A stretch of 64,000 bases of DNA, from positions 64,001 through 128,000 of the forward strand of contig OZ219920.1 in NCBI GenBank assembly GCA_964291415.2, read 5' to 3'. The first letter of the stretch is position 1, and the number at the start of each line of letters is the position of its first letter. Below, piece after piece: positions 49,103 to 58,814 of this stretch. The notes beneath the pieces were generated by a model. It was not told the origin of the DNA. It did not search any database and saw nothing but the letters and a program-made list of their open reading frames with translations. A program made the position numbers and the translations under genes. Origin of the DNA: Alphaproteobacteria bacterium (GTDB lineage: Bacteria; Pseudomonadota; Alphaproteobacteria; SP197).

Positions 49103-49647
49103 GTTGTCGCCATGCCCAGAACGTTCATCGCACCAATCTCGCGGCGGCTGCCGTCACGTTGACGGCACTGACTGATCGGCGAGGGCGCCATCGACGACTT
49201 CCAGGCATTCGTCGATGGCGCCCTCGCTGGCCTTGCGGCGGTTGCCGCCGGTCCGGATTTCGCTGATCCCACTTGGGCCTCTTCTTTGGAGCGACCGGCG
49301 CCATTGTCTGCACCTCGGGCAAGAAACTCCTGCTGATTCTGAAGATCAACGATGAGGCGGGGGCAATTTAGGTCCACATGGGAGCGGGAGTGCGCGCTGC
49401 TTCACCCGCGATGGTTAGCTGGCCCAGCTGGCCCGCGTTGCAAGTGTCAGAGGCTTCGTGTTCGGATCCGCGTGACTTGTGTGATGGATCATTGACGTGC
49501 TGCCGCGCGTGAGAAATTCACCGCAAGCCGGGCGGTCAGGCCAGGACCTCGCTGAACCTGGCATCGTCACGTACCTGGAATTCATGCTCATCGACGATGT
49601 CAATCACGCGAACGGTAACTGCTGCCAAGCCCTAGGCGGTGAACTGC
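49103..49647 (+). pseudogene. Decayed duplicate of the amt 3' half (homologous to ~43490-44055)
   Basis: Direct DNA matches, e.g. GCGACCGGCGCCATTGTCTGCACCTCGGGC and GGAATTCATGCTCATCGACGATGTC; multiple indels and stops. Confidence 0.92.
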
Positions 49648-49673
49648 AAACGGTCGTTCCAGGACGGCCCCCT

Positions 49674-49760
49674 GAAGCTGCCGCAGGCAGCCTGAAAATC
49701 ACAGAACGGTCAGAGGCGCGGGACGCACGGCGTCAAGGACGTCGCAAAATGACCGGATAC
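49674..49760 (+). repeat. 87-bp direct repeat copy 1, probable IS66 right end
   Basis: 83/87 identical to 51976-52062 by manual alignment; ends ...GACCGGATAC. Confidence 0.9.
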
Positions 49761-50126
49761 TTTGCCGCCCCATGGAAGATGATGGCGCCAGGCTGAACAG
49801 TCCTCCCGGGGCGATGAAACCGCCGCGTCATGCTCCCGAAAACCCGGAGCGGAGCTGCACTCGTCCGGAACACCACACCGACGCTGCCGTCGAGGCTTTC
49901 CCCGGTCCCCGGAGACCCTGGCCGCACACCAATCCATGCCTCAGGCGTTCAGGCGGCAGACTCGCATGACAACGACCACGCCCAGGACGCAAAATGCAAC
50001 CCTTCAACCCGCCTTCAGACAGAGCTATGAGAAAAGGCGGCTAGCGCGAGCATGGGCATGGTGCGGTCGGACGGGGAGGTCTGCCCTGGCATCGACGATT
50101 TCCTTTCGCCCGGCCGATTCCCGCGG

Positions 50127-50960
50127 CTACCCGCGCATGATTCCGGCGATGTCCGGCGTCGACATCGAAGTGTCGACATAGGCGAACGTGCCCTGCTCCC
50201 TCGCTTCGGTCGCGGCCGCGACCATACCTGTCATCGCCGCGCGATAGAGCGATGTCGCGAGGCTGATGCGCCGCGCCCCGGCTGCCGTAACGTCGGCCTT
50301 GGGAAACGACCTTCCGCCGACGCCGACCATGAAGTTGACCGGTTTCGACACGGCCTGGCACACCGCGCGGACCGCGGCGATGTCCGGCAGCGCCGGCGCC
50401 ATCAGGACATCGGCCCCGGCGCGTTCGTAGGCCTGGAGCCGGGCAATGACCTCGTCGAGGTCCGGGAGCCCGCGGATGAAACATTCGCTCCGCCCGGTGA
50501 GCGTGAAGCGGAAGCCCACGGACCGCGCAGCTTCGGCGGCTGCGGCGATGCGTTCGGCGGCCAGGCCGCGATCGTAGAACGGGCGGTCGGGATCGCCTGT
50601 GAAATCCTCGATAGTACAACCGACCAGCCCGGCTTCGGCCGCCAGCGTCACGGTTTTCGCCACCGCCTGGGGTTCATGGCCGAAGCCGTTCTCCAGGTCG
50701 CCCGAAACCGGCAGGTCGACCGCATCTGCGACGTCGCGCGCATGGTCCAGGGCCTCGTCGCGCGTAACCTCGCCGTCGCACCGGCCGAGCGTGCCGGCGA
50801 AACCGCCGCTCGTCGTCGCCAGCGCCTCGAAGCCCAGACCGGCCAGAATGCGGGCCGAGCCGACATCGAACGCGTTTGCGAGGATGAATGGCTCAGCGCC
50901 CTGGTGCAGGGCGTGGAAGCGCTCGGCCTTTTCGGCCTGGGTGGGGCGATCGTCGGCCAT
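50127..50960 (-). CDS. Isocitrate lyase/PEP mutase family protein
   Basis: NAFDVGSAR, ATTSGG, DLENGFG, TIED, AYERAGAD. Confidence 0.9.
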   Translation of the reverse strand: MADDRPTQAEKAERFHALHQGAEPFILANAFDVGSARILAGLGFEALATTSGGFAGTLGRCDGEVTRDEALDHARDVADAVDLPVSGDLENGFGHEPQAVAKTVTLAAEAGLVGCTIEDFTGDPDRPFYDRGLAAERIAAAAEAARSVGFRFTLTGRSECFIRGLPDLDEVIARLQAYERAGADVLMAPALPDIAAVRAVCQAVSKPVNFMVGVGGRSFPKADVTAAGARRISLATSLYRAAMTGMVAAATEAREQGTFAYVDTSMSTPDIAGIMRG

Positions 50961-51554
50961 CGGAATTTCACCTTCCGCAGCGATTCAACGATTTGATGGT
51001 GAAGGGGCCGCTGCCCGCCTGTCAACGGCCCGCCTGTCGATGGACCGCGCCGCGCGGCCCGGTTCCGACTTGCGCGCAACGGTTGGCCCGATCCGGCCGC
51101 AATGCCAGATATCGGCGGCATCCCATTCTACTGCCGGATACATACCAATGTCGCAACTGCAGGCTCTCCGGCGTCGGGATGTCCGGCACCGGCTCCGGAG
51201 ACGATCGTCATGCCAAGCTGGCCGCCCGGCTCCGCTATGCTCCGCCGACCCCCCAGCTTGGCCAGAGAACTCGCAATGCACTAACATTCGACTTGAACCA
51301 ATCGACGGGGCAGGTCAAGGCTTGAGAAGAGGCTTTTGCGTTGTAGCGATTTTCGGCGCCGCACGGCATGAGCCTTGGCTCTGCGGTCGCCGGTGAGTCA
51401 CCTTCCACGGGCCCTGGAGCCGGCGTCAGGCGACCGGTTTGACGTTGTGGCGCGGGATGTCGGGCGCTGTTGAGACCCGGCGGCGGCGTCCAGGCGTGCG
51501 CAAGCCGTCCGCGTGATGGATCTCGCGGACGCCGGGCGGTCGTGTCAGCCGGGA

Positions 51555-51810
51555 TCAGCCTGGATCGGGTGGGGCTGCTGCCCGCACGAGGCTCCGCATC
51601 AGGTGTGGTTGCCGTTCTTCGACGCTGGCATGAGCCAGGGCCATCATGACGGCAAGGGCGAGGGTGATCCGCGCCGTCATCCGGCTCAGGCCCCGGATGT
51701 GGTGATGCTCGAGACCGAAGTTCTGGTCGAGGCGGGCGTTGATGCGTTCCAGAGCCGTGCGCCCGCGATAGCGGCGTTGCCAGGTGAGGGGATCTGCGCG
51801 GCGTCGGCGT
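51555..51810 (-). mobile_element. DDE transposase C-terminal remnant (IS5/IS1182-like; family uncertain)
   Basis: WQRRYRGRTALERINARLDQNFGLEHHHIRGLSRMTARITLALAVMMALA carries the Y..R...E signature. Confidence 0.7.
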
Positions 51811-51834
51811 GAAGATGCGGCGGTCGCTGCGGCG

Positions 51835-52062
51835 GGCCAGTTACCCACAGCTACCAGCGGAGCCAGAACTCCTACACCACGTGGTGGGACACAACCCCCA
51901 ACTGACGCCACGCCTGTGGAAGGACCACTTCGCCGACAACCCGATGACATCCGACGTCACCAAGGCCGTGCCCGCGAAACTGCTGCAGGCAGCCTGACAA
52001 TCACAGAACGGTCAGAGGCGCGGGACGCACGGCGTCAAGGACGTCGCATAATGACCGGATAC
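51835..52062 (+). mobile_element. IS66 remnant: transposase C-terminus plus right end (repeat copy 2)
   Basis: QLTPRLWKDHFADNPMTSD resembles the IS66 TnpC C-terminus; ends GGATAC; 51976-52062 repeats 49674-49760. Confidence 0.75.
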
Positions 52063-52158
52063 CCTTCGGGGGCAGCCAGCGGTTTCCTGGGTCTCTATCG
52101 CGACCCGACTGTCATCGTTGGATTGATGGCCGCTTCGATCACCGGATCCTCGCGCCAA

Positions 52159-53748
52159 TCACGAAATCTGCAGGGGCCCGGCATTGCGGACGGCCGTGTC
52201 GACGGAACTGGCGAATGCGCTGAACTGGTGCGTGAAGCGGCTGCAGAGGTCCCTGACCGTGCAGTCGTGGGCATCCTTGTCTTTCCAGGTCTGCCTGGGA
52301 TCGAGCAGGTCGTCCGGTACACCCGGACAGGTGGTCGGTATCTCGAAACCGAAGTGGGGATCCTTGCGGAAGGCGGACTGCTGCAGGGAGCCGTCGAGCG
52401 CGGCATTCAGCATGGCCCGCGTGTGGACGAGGGGTATGCGCCGTCCGGTGCCGAAGCGGCCGCCCGTCCAGCCCGTGTTGATCAGCCAGCAGTTGACCCC
52501 TTGCTGGCGGATCCTGTCAGCGAGCAGACGAGCGTAGACCTCGGGGTGACGGGGCATGAAGGGAGCCCCGAAGCAGGGCGAGAAGGTCACTTCCGGATCC
52601 TTGCCGACGCCCTGTTCGGTTCCCGCGATCTTCGATGTGTAGCCGCACAGGAAGTGATAGGTGGCCTGGTCCGGTGTCAGCCTGGCCACCGGCGGCAGGA
52701 CACCGAAGGCATCGGCGGTCAGCAGGATGATGCTGGAAGGATGTCCGGCCTGTCCGGTCTTCGAAGCGCCCTCGATAAAATCCAGGGGATAGGAGGCGCG
52801 CGTGTTTTCCGTCAGTCGGGCGTCGTCGAAGTCGATCTGGCGGGTGGCGTCATCCAAGACGACGTTCTCGAGCACGGTGCCGAACCGTCTGGCGGCCGCA
52901 TGGATCTCCGGCTCCGTTTCCCGGGAAAGGCGGATCGTCTTGGCATAGCAGCCACCCTCGAAGTTGAAGAGGCCGCTGTCACTCCAGCCGTGTTCGTCGT
53001 CGCCCACGAGATGGCGTTCCGGATCCGCAGAGAGGGTCGTCTTGCCGGTCCCCGACAGACCGAAGAAAACCGCAGAGTCGCCGTTGCGGCCCACGTTGAC
53101 GGAACAGTGCATGGGGAGAACGCCATCAGGGGGAAGCAGGTAGTTGAGAACGGTGAAGACGGACTTCTTGATCTCTCCCGCATAGGCGGTGCCGGCGATG
53201 AGCACCAGTCTTGCCGCGAAGTCGATGGCGATCGCCGTTGTCGAGCGGCATCCATCGATCCGCGGGTCGGCTTGGAACCCCGGCGCCTGGAAGACGGTGA
53301 ACTGCGGCTCAAAACTGTGGAGGGCGGCCGGGGAAGGGGTGATCAGCATGTGGCGGGAAAACAGGCTGTGCCACGCGTGTTCGGTCACCACGCGGACGTT
53401 GAGCCGATAGTCCGGATCAGCGCCGGCATGAAGATCCTGCACGAACGTCTGCCGGGTGCGGAGGTAGTCAAGGATGCGCTGCTTGAGGACGCCAAACCGC
53501 TCACGTGACAACGGTGCGTTGAAGGAGCCCCAATCGATCGTGTCACGGGTCTCGTCGTCCTCGACAATGAACTTGTCCCTGGCCGAGCGCCCAGTGTGGG
53601 CTCCCGTCAGCACCACCAGGGCGCCGCCTTCGGCAACCGAGGCCTCGCCCCCGGCAATGGCCCGCTGGTAGAGCTCCGCCGTACCGGCATTGATCCGGGT
53701 CCGGGGCAACGCGTGATCGGCACAGAAGGCACCCGCCAGTCGATTCAT
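52159..53748 (-). CDS. pckA: Phosphoenolpyruvate carboxykinase (ATP)
   Basis: HTGRSARDK, YAGEIKK, MHCS, GLSGTGKTTLSADP, GDDEHGW, EGGCYAK. Confidence 0.98.
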   Translation of the reverse strand: MNRLAGAFCADHALPRTRINAGTAELYQRAIAGGEASVAEGGALVVLTGAHTGRSARDKFIVEDDETRDTIDWGSFNAPLSRERFGVLKQRILDYLRTRQTFVQDLHAGADPDYRLNVRVVTEHAWHSLFSRHMLITPSPAALHSFEPQFTVFQAPGFQADPRIDGCRSTTAIAIDFAARLVLIAGTAYAGEIKKSVFTVLNYLLPPDGVLPMHCSVNVGRNGDSAVFFGLSGTGKTTLSADPERHLVGDDEHGWSDSGLFNFEGGCYAKTIRLSRETEPEIHAAARRFGTVLENVVLDDATRQIDFDDARLTENTRASYPLDFIEGASKTGQAGHPSSIILLTADAFGVLPPVARLTPDQATYHFLCGYTSKIAGTEQGVGKDPEVTFSPCFGAPFMPRHPEVYARLLADRIRQQGVNCWLINTGWTGGRFGTGRRIPLVHTRAMLNAALDGSLQQSAFRKDPHFGFEIPTTCPGVPDDLLDPRQTWKDKDAHDCTVRDLCSRFTHQFSAFASSVDTAVRNAGPLQIS

Positions 53749-53840
53749 CCGCCGTTCGCTTGTCTCGCCCCTTCATTCAATGCCGAGGCTGCGTTCCGTG
53801 GCAAGGGGTGCCGGTGAAATACCTGTGAAAATCGCGGCCG

Positions 53841-53873
53841 CACAAATGACACGATTGTGCCACGTCATTTGTG
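53841..53873. promoter_or_regulatory. 10-bp inverted repeat in divergent pckA/chvI promoter region
   Basis: CACAAATGAC-N13-GTCATTTGTG. Confidence 0.45.
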
Positions 53874-53912
53874 GCATGATTCAGTCCGTGCAGAGATCCG
53901 GAGGGCGTGGTC

Positions 53913-54620
53913 ATGAATGGAAAGACGATCGCCATCGTGGACGACCGGAAGAGTATCCTCGCGGCCTACGGCGAGTTGTTTCGCAACGAGGGCTACAACG
54001 TCCACTGTTTCTCCAGCGGAGTGGATCTCATCAACCGGATGGAGACACTCGAGGTCGATCTCGTCCTCCTCGACATCGACCTGGGCCGTGGTCTCGCCGG
54101 CTGGCAGGTGCAGGATCTTCTTGCCCGTGAACACCCCGGATTGCGTGTCATCTTCATGACGGCCGTCGCCCTCGACGATGCCGACGAAGCGCGCGGACTG
54201 GAAGCCGGAGCCGCCGACTACATCAGGAAGGGAAGCGATCCCCGAATCCTGCTTGCACGGGTGCGCCGGGAGCTTTCGGCCCGGGGGACGGTCGTACCGG
54301 AGGCCAGTGACGGGAGGATCATCGCGGGCGACCTCGTCCTCGATGCGGCGTGTCTGTCGTGTTCCTGGAAGGGCCGGGTCGTTCACCTCACGGTTTCGGA
54401 GTTCCGCATTCTCGAGGAGATGGCCGGATCACCGGGCCGCGTGAAGTCCCGTGACACGCTTCTCGCGGCAGCAGGGAACGGCGAGGATGCGGCAACCGAG
54501 CGTGCGGCGGACAGCCACATCAAGCGCATTCGCCGCAAGCTCCGCAGTGTCGACGCCACGTTCGCCGGAATCAGGACCCACAGCGGCGCCGGCTACTCCT
54601 GGCGCTCTGCCAGCCCGTGA
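53913..54620 (+). CDS. chvI: OmpR-family response regulator, ChvI-like
   Basis: IAIVDD, LLD, LTVSEF..L, PGRVKSRD.L, DSHIKRIRRKLR; divergent from pckA. Confidence 0.8.
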   Translation: MNGKTIAIVDDRKSILAAYGELFRNEGYNVHCFSSGVDLINRMETLEVDLVLLDIDLGRGLAGWQVQDLLAREHPGLRVIFMTAVALDDADEARGLEAGAADYIRKGSDPRILLARVRRELSARGTVVPEASDGRIIAGDLVLDAACLSCSWKGRVVHLTVSEFRILEEMAGSPGRVKSRDTLLAAAGNGEDAATERAADSHIKRIRRKLRSVDATFAGIRTHSGAGYSWRSASP

Positions 54621-54648
54621 TGCCAGGGAACGAAAGGGCTCCCCCGGG

Positions 54649-56328
54649 ATGCTGGTCCGCAAGATCCTTGCCATCAATCTTGTGCCGCTCGCTCTCTTCC
54701 TGGTGGCGCTCTATCTGATTCACGACATCAGGCCCAACCTCGTCATGACGAAGGTGGAGTCTCTCACGGCACGTGGCCACCTGATTGCCCTTTCCATCGA
54801 GAACTCCGCGGTCATGGAGGACCTCGAAACCATCAATCCGGCACGGCTCGACATTCCTGACAAGGTGGGACTCTTTCCCGCACCCCAGCTGGGTTACGCC
54901 TGGCCACCGGCCAGCCTGTCGCCCCTCGAAGCGAGGAAGCGGCTGGTTCGCAGCTGGGCCGAGCATCTCGTCACCCTGACGCCCGAAACGGATCTGGACA
55001 TCAGGCTTGTCGATCCCCTGACCGAAGAGAATCTTGTCGGCGATATCCGGGAGTCCGTGGAGATCGAGACCATGGCGGATGACGGGGCATGGCGATGGCC
55101 GTCATGGCGTGCCATCGTCGATGAATGGTTCGTGTTCTCAGGCGGGCAGCCCGATGTGCCGGTGGAAGGCCCGGAGGGCGTCATTGGCGAAGCGGCACGT
55201 GGTGCCGCCTCCTGGACAGTTGTCGCAAGCGGCACCACCGGCATGAATTTCGTGGTCGCCGTTCCGGTGAGGAAGAAGCTCTATCGGACCGTCGTTGGTG
55301 TCCTCGTTCTGTCCGCGAAACCCAGCGATGATGAACTCGACCTCCTGCGCCGTCAGGAAGTGATCATGCTGATGGCGCTCGTGGCCTTTGCGCTGACGGT
55401 TGGACTGTCCATCTGGCTGGCCCGTGTCATTACCAGGCCCCTGGTGGAGCTGTCCGATGCGGCCACGGACGTTCGGCGGGGCCGCAGGGGGTCGCGGGAC
55501 ATACCCGATCATCGTACCCGAGGAGACGAGATCGGCAGGTTGGCGGAAGCGCTCATCAAGATGACGGGATCCCTCGAACGGCGGGTCGAGGACGGCAAGG
55601 AAATCGCGCGTAACTCCGCCCACGAGATACGCAACGCCGTGACCGGAATGGGTGGTGCGCTCATGATCCTGGAGAACAATGACGCGGCGCCGAGAAAGAG
55701 GATGGTCGCACTGGCGCTGGCGGAAGCCGGACGCCTCGAACGGCTGGCTGACGACTTGCAGGATCTCTCCAAGCTCGATGACCTGCTGGTGCGCACCCCG
55801 ACGACACTTGTCGATGTCGCGCGCCTGCTCATCAGGCACGCGGACCCCGACGTGTGGCTGGAGCGCCATGATGTGATCGTGAGGCATGGCCCGGGACTTG
55901 CCGGGTCGGCGCGAGACCGATGCTGTCTCGTTGACGGTCTCGAGGACCGTCTGGTTCAGGTGGTGCTCAACCTGCTCGCCAACGCCGTCTCGTTCAGCCC
56001 GCCAGGCGGTGTCATTGAAGTGGACTGCCACCGGGAAGGAGGATGGGTCACATTCTCCGTCACCGACCAGGGTCCAGGCATTCCGCCAGGGACCGAAGAG
56101 AGAATCTTCGCCTGGCTCGAACAGCGCCGGGATCCGGCGGCGAATGGCGACCATTCGGGCATCGGTCTGACGATTTCGCGTCAGATCGTCCATGCCTTCG
56201 GCGGCGAGATCCTCGCCCGCAATGTCGGTGAGGACTCAGATCGTCCCGACGGGGCCTGCTTCACCGTCCGTCTGCCCGCGGCATCACCCCGCAGGCGGCG
56301 CTTGCTCGACGCGCTGGGACTGCCCTGA
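54649..56328 (+). CDS. chvG: Sensor histidine kinase, ChvG-like
   Basis: RKILAINL TM1, HAMP (RGDEIGRL), AHEIRN H-box, NLLANAVSFSP, DQGPGIP, HSGIGL. Confidence 0.8.
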   Translation: MLVRKILAINLVPLALFLVALYLIHDIRPNLVMTKVESLTARGHLIALSIENSAVMEDLETINPARLDIPDKVGLFPAPQLGYAWPPASLSPLEARKRLVRSWAEHLVTLTPETDLDIRLVDPLTEENLVGDIRESVEIETMADDGAWRWPSWRAIVDEWFVFSGGQPDVPVEGPEGVIGEAARGAASWTVVASGTTGMNFVVAVPVRKKLYRTVVGVLVLSAKPSDDELDLLRRQEVIMLMALVAFALTVGLSIWLARVITRPLVELSDAATDVRRGRRGSRDIPDHRTRGDEIGRLAEALIKMTGSLERRVEDGKEIARNSAHEIRNAVTGMGGALMILENNDAAPRKRMVALALAEAGRLERLADDLQDLSKLDDLLVRTPTTLVDVARLLIRHADPDVWLERHDVIVRHGPGLAGSARDRCCLVDGLEDRLVQVVLNLLANAVSFSPPGGVIEVDCHREGGWVTFSVTDQGPGIPPGTEERIFAWLEQRRDPAANGDHSGIGLTISRQIVHAFGGEILARNVGEDSDRPDGACFTVRLPAASPRRRRLLDALGLP

Positions 56329-56438
56329 GAGTTGCTCTTGACGATCCCACGCGCCGACGACGGCCATCGTCGCCTTATGTGGGCTCCGTGATCGTCCGCC
56401 GGGGCGGCGGCCAGTCTGCCGGTCCTGGGTTCGCGGTC

Positions 56439-57311
56439 TCAGCCGGATCCCAGGTAGGAGTCGATCCACTGCGAACGGGCTCCATCCGCGGTCCACAGGA
56501 TCGGAAAATAGTTGTCGTCCATGACGGCGTTGCCGTCATGGCGCATGTAGCGACCGTACATCGGGCCCGTGCCATGGGCGATGTTGCGGGGAACGAAACA
56601 CGCCTCGGATGACAGGCAGTGAACGACAAGAGAGCGCCTGGCGGAGCTGCCGCGATTCGCATTGGAACCGTGCCACGTGTTGCCGTGATGAAAGGAACCG
56701 CCGCCCTTCTTCACGACGACGGGAACCACGTCCGGCTCGCCCACTCCCTGGGCTGCCGCCGCCTCCCGCATCTCCTTCGTGTAGTCTTCCGGCCCGTGGA
56801 ACTGCTCGATGGGCGTCGCGCGCGACCACCTGTGGGAACCCCTGACCAGTTCCATGGTTCCGGCCTCGGCAGAGGTATCATCAAGGGCGATCCAGCAGCT
56901 GATCATCTCGTTGGGATTGATCCAGTCGAGGTAGGCGCAGTCCTGATGCATGCCCAGCGGCCGGGTGCCGACGGGTTTCCACAGCACGTTGTCGACCTTG
57001 ATGCGGGCTCCGGGCCATCCTCCCAGAGTGGCGCAGGCCCGGCCGATATCCTCTCTCAGGACCGTTTCGGCAACTGTCCTGTCCCCCTTCCAGCCGTTGC
57101 AGATCTGGCGTGTCAGGGTCGGATCGCTGACACCGTCCTGCCAGTTGACCTCGTCGGGGCGGATGCCGGTCTCGAATTCGCCGCGGAACATCCTGTCGTA
57201 TCGCGCCTTGATTCTCTCGGCGGTTTCATCGTCGATCAGGTTGTCGACAAAGACGAAACCGTCGCGATGGAAGGTCTCGATTTCACGATTCGTCAGTTCG
57301 AATGTGCTCAT
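56439..57311 (-). CDS. PhyH family Fe/2OG dioxygenase
   Basis: F.RDGF, WKP, HQD, WIALDD...GTME..RGSH, WHGS..N, RRS. ATGA overlap with the upstream GS-like gene. Confidence 0.9.
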   Translation of the reverse strand: MSTFELTNREIETFHRDGFVFVDNLIDDETAERIKARYDRMFRGEFETGIRPDEVNWQDGVSDPTLTRQICNGWKGDRTVAETVLREDIGRACATLGGWPGARIKVDNVLWKPVGTRPLGMHQDCAYLDWINPNEMISCWIALDDTSAEAGTMELVRGSHRWSRATPIEQFHGPEDYTKEMREAAAAQGVGEPDVVPVVVKKGGGSFHHGNTWHGSNANRGSSARRSLVVHCLSSEACFVPRNIAHGTGPMYGRYMRHDGNAVMDDNYFPILWTADGARSQWIDSYLGSG

Positions 57312-58783
57312 GGCAGACAGTCCAGGTAGGTGTTCATGTCCCAATCGCTGACCTCGGCATTGAACCGGTCCCACTCGTCACGCTTGTATTCATCATAGAT
57401 CTCGTAGAGCCGTCCCGGAAGGGCGGAACGCACCACGTCATCAGCCGCGAGTGCGTCCAGTGCTTCGCCGAAGTAGCGCGGCAGGCGCTGGACGATCTTT
57501 CCGGCCTCCATGGCTTCGTAGATGTTGCGTTGCTCGGGCTTGCCCGGGTCGAGCTGGCGGGCGATGCCGTCATCCATCGCCTTCAGCAGAGCCGCAGCCA
57601 TGAGATAGGGATTGACCATCGAATCGACGGCCCGGTATTCGAACCGGCCCGGAGCCGACACCCTCAGCGCCGTTGTCCGGTTCTGATAACCCCAGTCGGC
57701 ATAGATGGGCGCCCACAGACCGAGATCGAGCATGCGCCGGTAGGAGTTGACGGTGGAGGAGCCGATGGCGGTGAGCGCGGGCAGGTGTTCCATGACACCG
57801 CCAATGGCATGGAGGCCGAGGGGGCCCGGCATCCAGTCATCCGGATCATGGATGAAGACATTGGTGCCTCCCTTGCGGTGCAGGTAGACGCCGTCGACAC
57901 CAGGCCGCGGATCGTCGGCATGGCAGACCATGGAATCGTCGCCACCTCTCCACAGGGACATGTTGTGATGGCAGCCATTCCCCGACAGGCCCATGAACGG
58001 CTTTGACATGAAGCAGGCGATGAGGCCTTCCTCGCGGGCGACCTGTGCGCAGATCTGGCGGTAGGTGGTCAGCCGGTCGCAGGTCCTCAAGGCGTCGTCA
58101 AACATGAAGTTGATCTCGAGCTGGCCCGGCGCGTCCTCGTGATCGCCCTGGATCATGTCGAGACCCATCGCCTGACCATACGAGACGACCCTGGCGTAGA
58201 CGCGCGACAGTTCCTCGAACTGGTCGATGTGGTACGCGAGCGGCTTGGTCGGTCCGCCGTCGGGCCGGCCGTCTTCACCACGCTTGAGCCAGGCCATTTC
58301 GGGTTCGCAGCCATGCCTGAGGTGGAGGCCGTCGTGGTCGGCCATGAACTGTTCATGGACGCGCCGCAGGTTGCCGCGGCTGTCTTCCTCCATGAAAGCG
58401 CCCGGATTGTCTCCCTCCTCACGGGCATGAAAGACCGTGCAGTAGACGCGCGCGGCCTCCCTGTTCCAGGGCAACTGGCAGAAGGTCTCGGGATCGGGGA
58501 TTGCCACCAGTTCATGGGCATTGGCGGGAAATCCAAGGAGGTTTCCCGACCGGTCGGGCAGGACATTGGTGAGGCCGCCGTACCACGTCTGGATGCCCCG
58601 TGCGGCCATGGATTCCCAGTGCGGTGCCGGCACGGCCTTGCCCATGATGCGCCCGGTGATCGAGATGTACTGGTAATAGATGTAGCGCACGCCCAGTTCG
58701 TCGATCTTTGCCCGTACATCCCGGATTCGCTCGTCGCGTCCGGCGGCTCCGACATGGCGTTCTATGTCCATGGTCATCCCCAT
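57308..58783 (-). CDS. Glutamine synthetase-like gamma-glutamyl-amine ligase 1
   Basis: CEPE, HEDAPGQLE, FMSKP...GNGCHH, NSYRR, QNRT..LR, RFEYR; WAP at the Glu-flap. Confidence 0.88.
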   Translation of the reverse strand: MGMTMDIERHVGAAGRDERIRDVRAKIDELGVRYIYYQYISITGRIMGKAVPAPHWESMAARGIQTWYGGLTNVLPDRSGNLLGFPANAHELVAIPDPETFCQLPWNREAARVYCTVFHAREEGDNPGAFMEEDSRGNLRRVHEQFMADHDGLHLRHGCEPEMAWLKRGEDGRPDGGPTKPLAYHIDQFEELSRVYARVVSYGQAMGLDMIQGDHEDAPGQLEINFMFDDALRTCDRLTTYRQICAQVAREEGLIACFMSKPFMGLSGNGCHHNMSLWRGGDDSMVCHADDPRPGVDGVYLHRKGGTNVFIHDPDDWMPGPLGLHAIGGVMEHLPALTAIGSSTVNSYRRMLDLGLWAPIYADWGYQNRTTALRVSAPGRFEYRAVDSMVNPYLMAAALLKAMDDGIARQLDPGKPEQRNIYEAMEAGKIVQRLPRYFGEALDALAADDVVRSALPGRLYEIYDEYKRDEWDRFNAEVSDWDMNTYLDCLP

Positions 58784-58814
58784 CGCCTCCCATCACTCCC
58801 TGCGGACGGCCGGT

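Noticed and set aside
49674-52062. 87-bp repeats as a CRISPR array or ncRNA
   Set aside because: Only two copies 2.3 kb apart, no spacers or cas genes; better explained as IS66 ends.
57308-58783. Calling this gene glnA or gmaS
   Set aside because: It lacks the Glu-flap YEAP of true GS, its N-terminus differs from recalled GmaS, and no mgsABC is adjacent.
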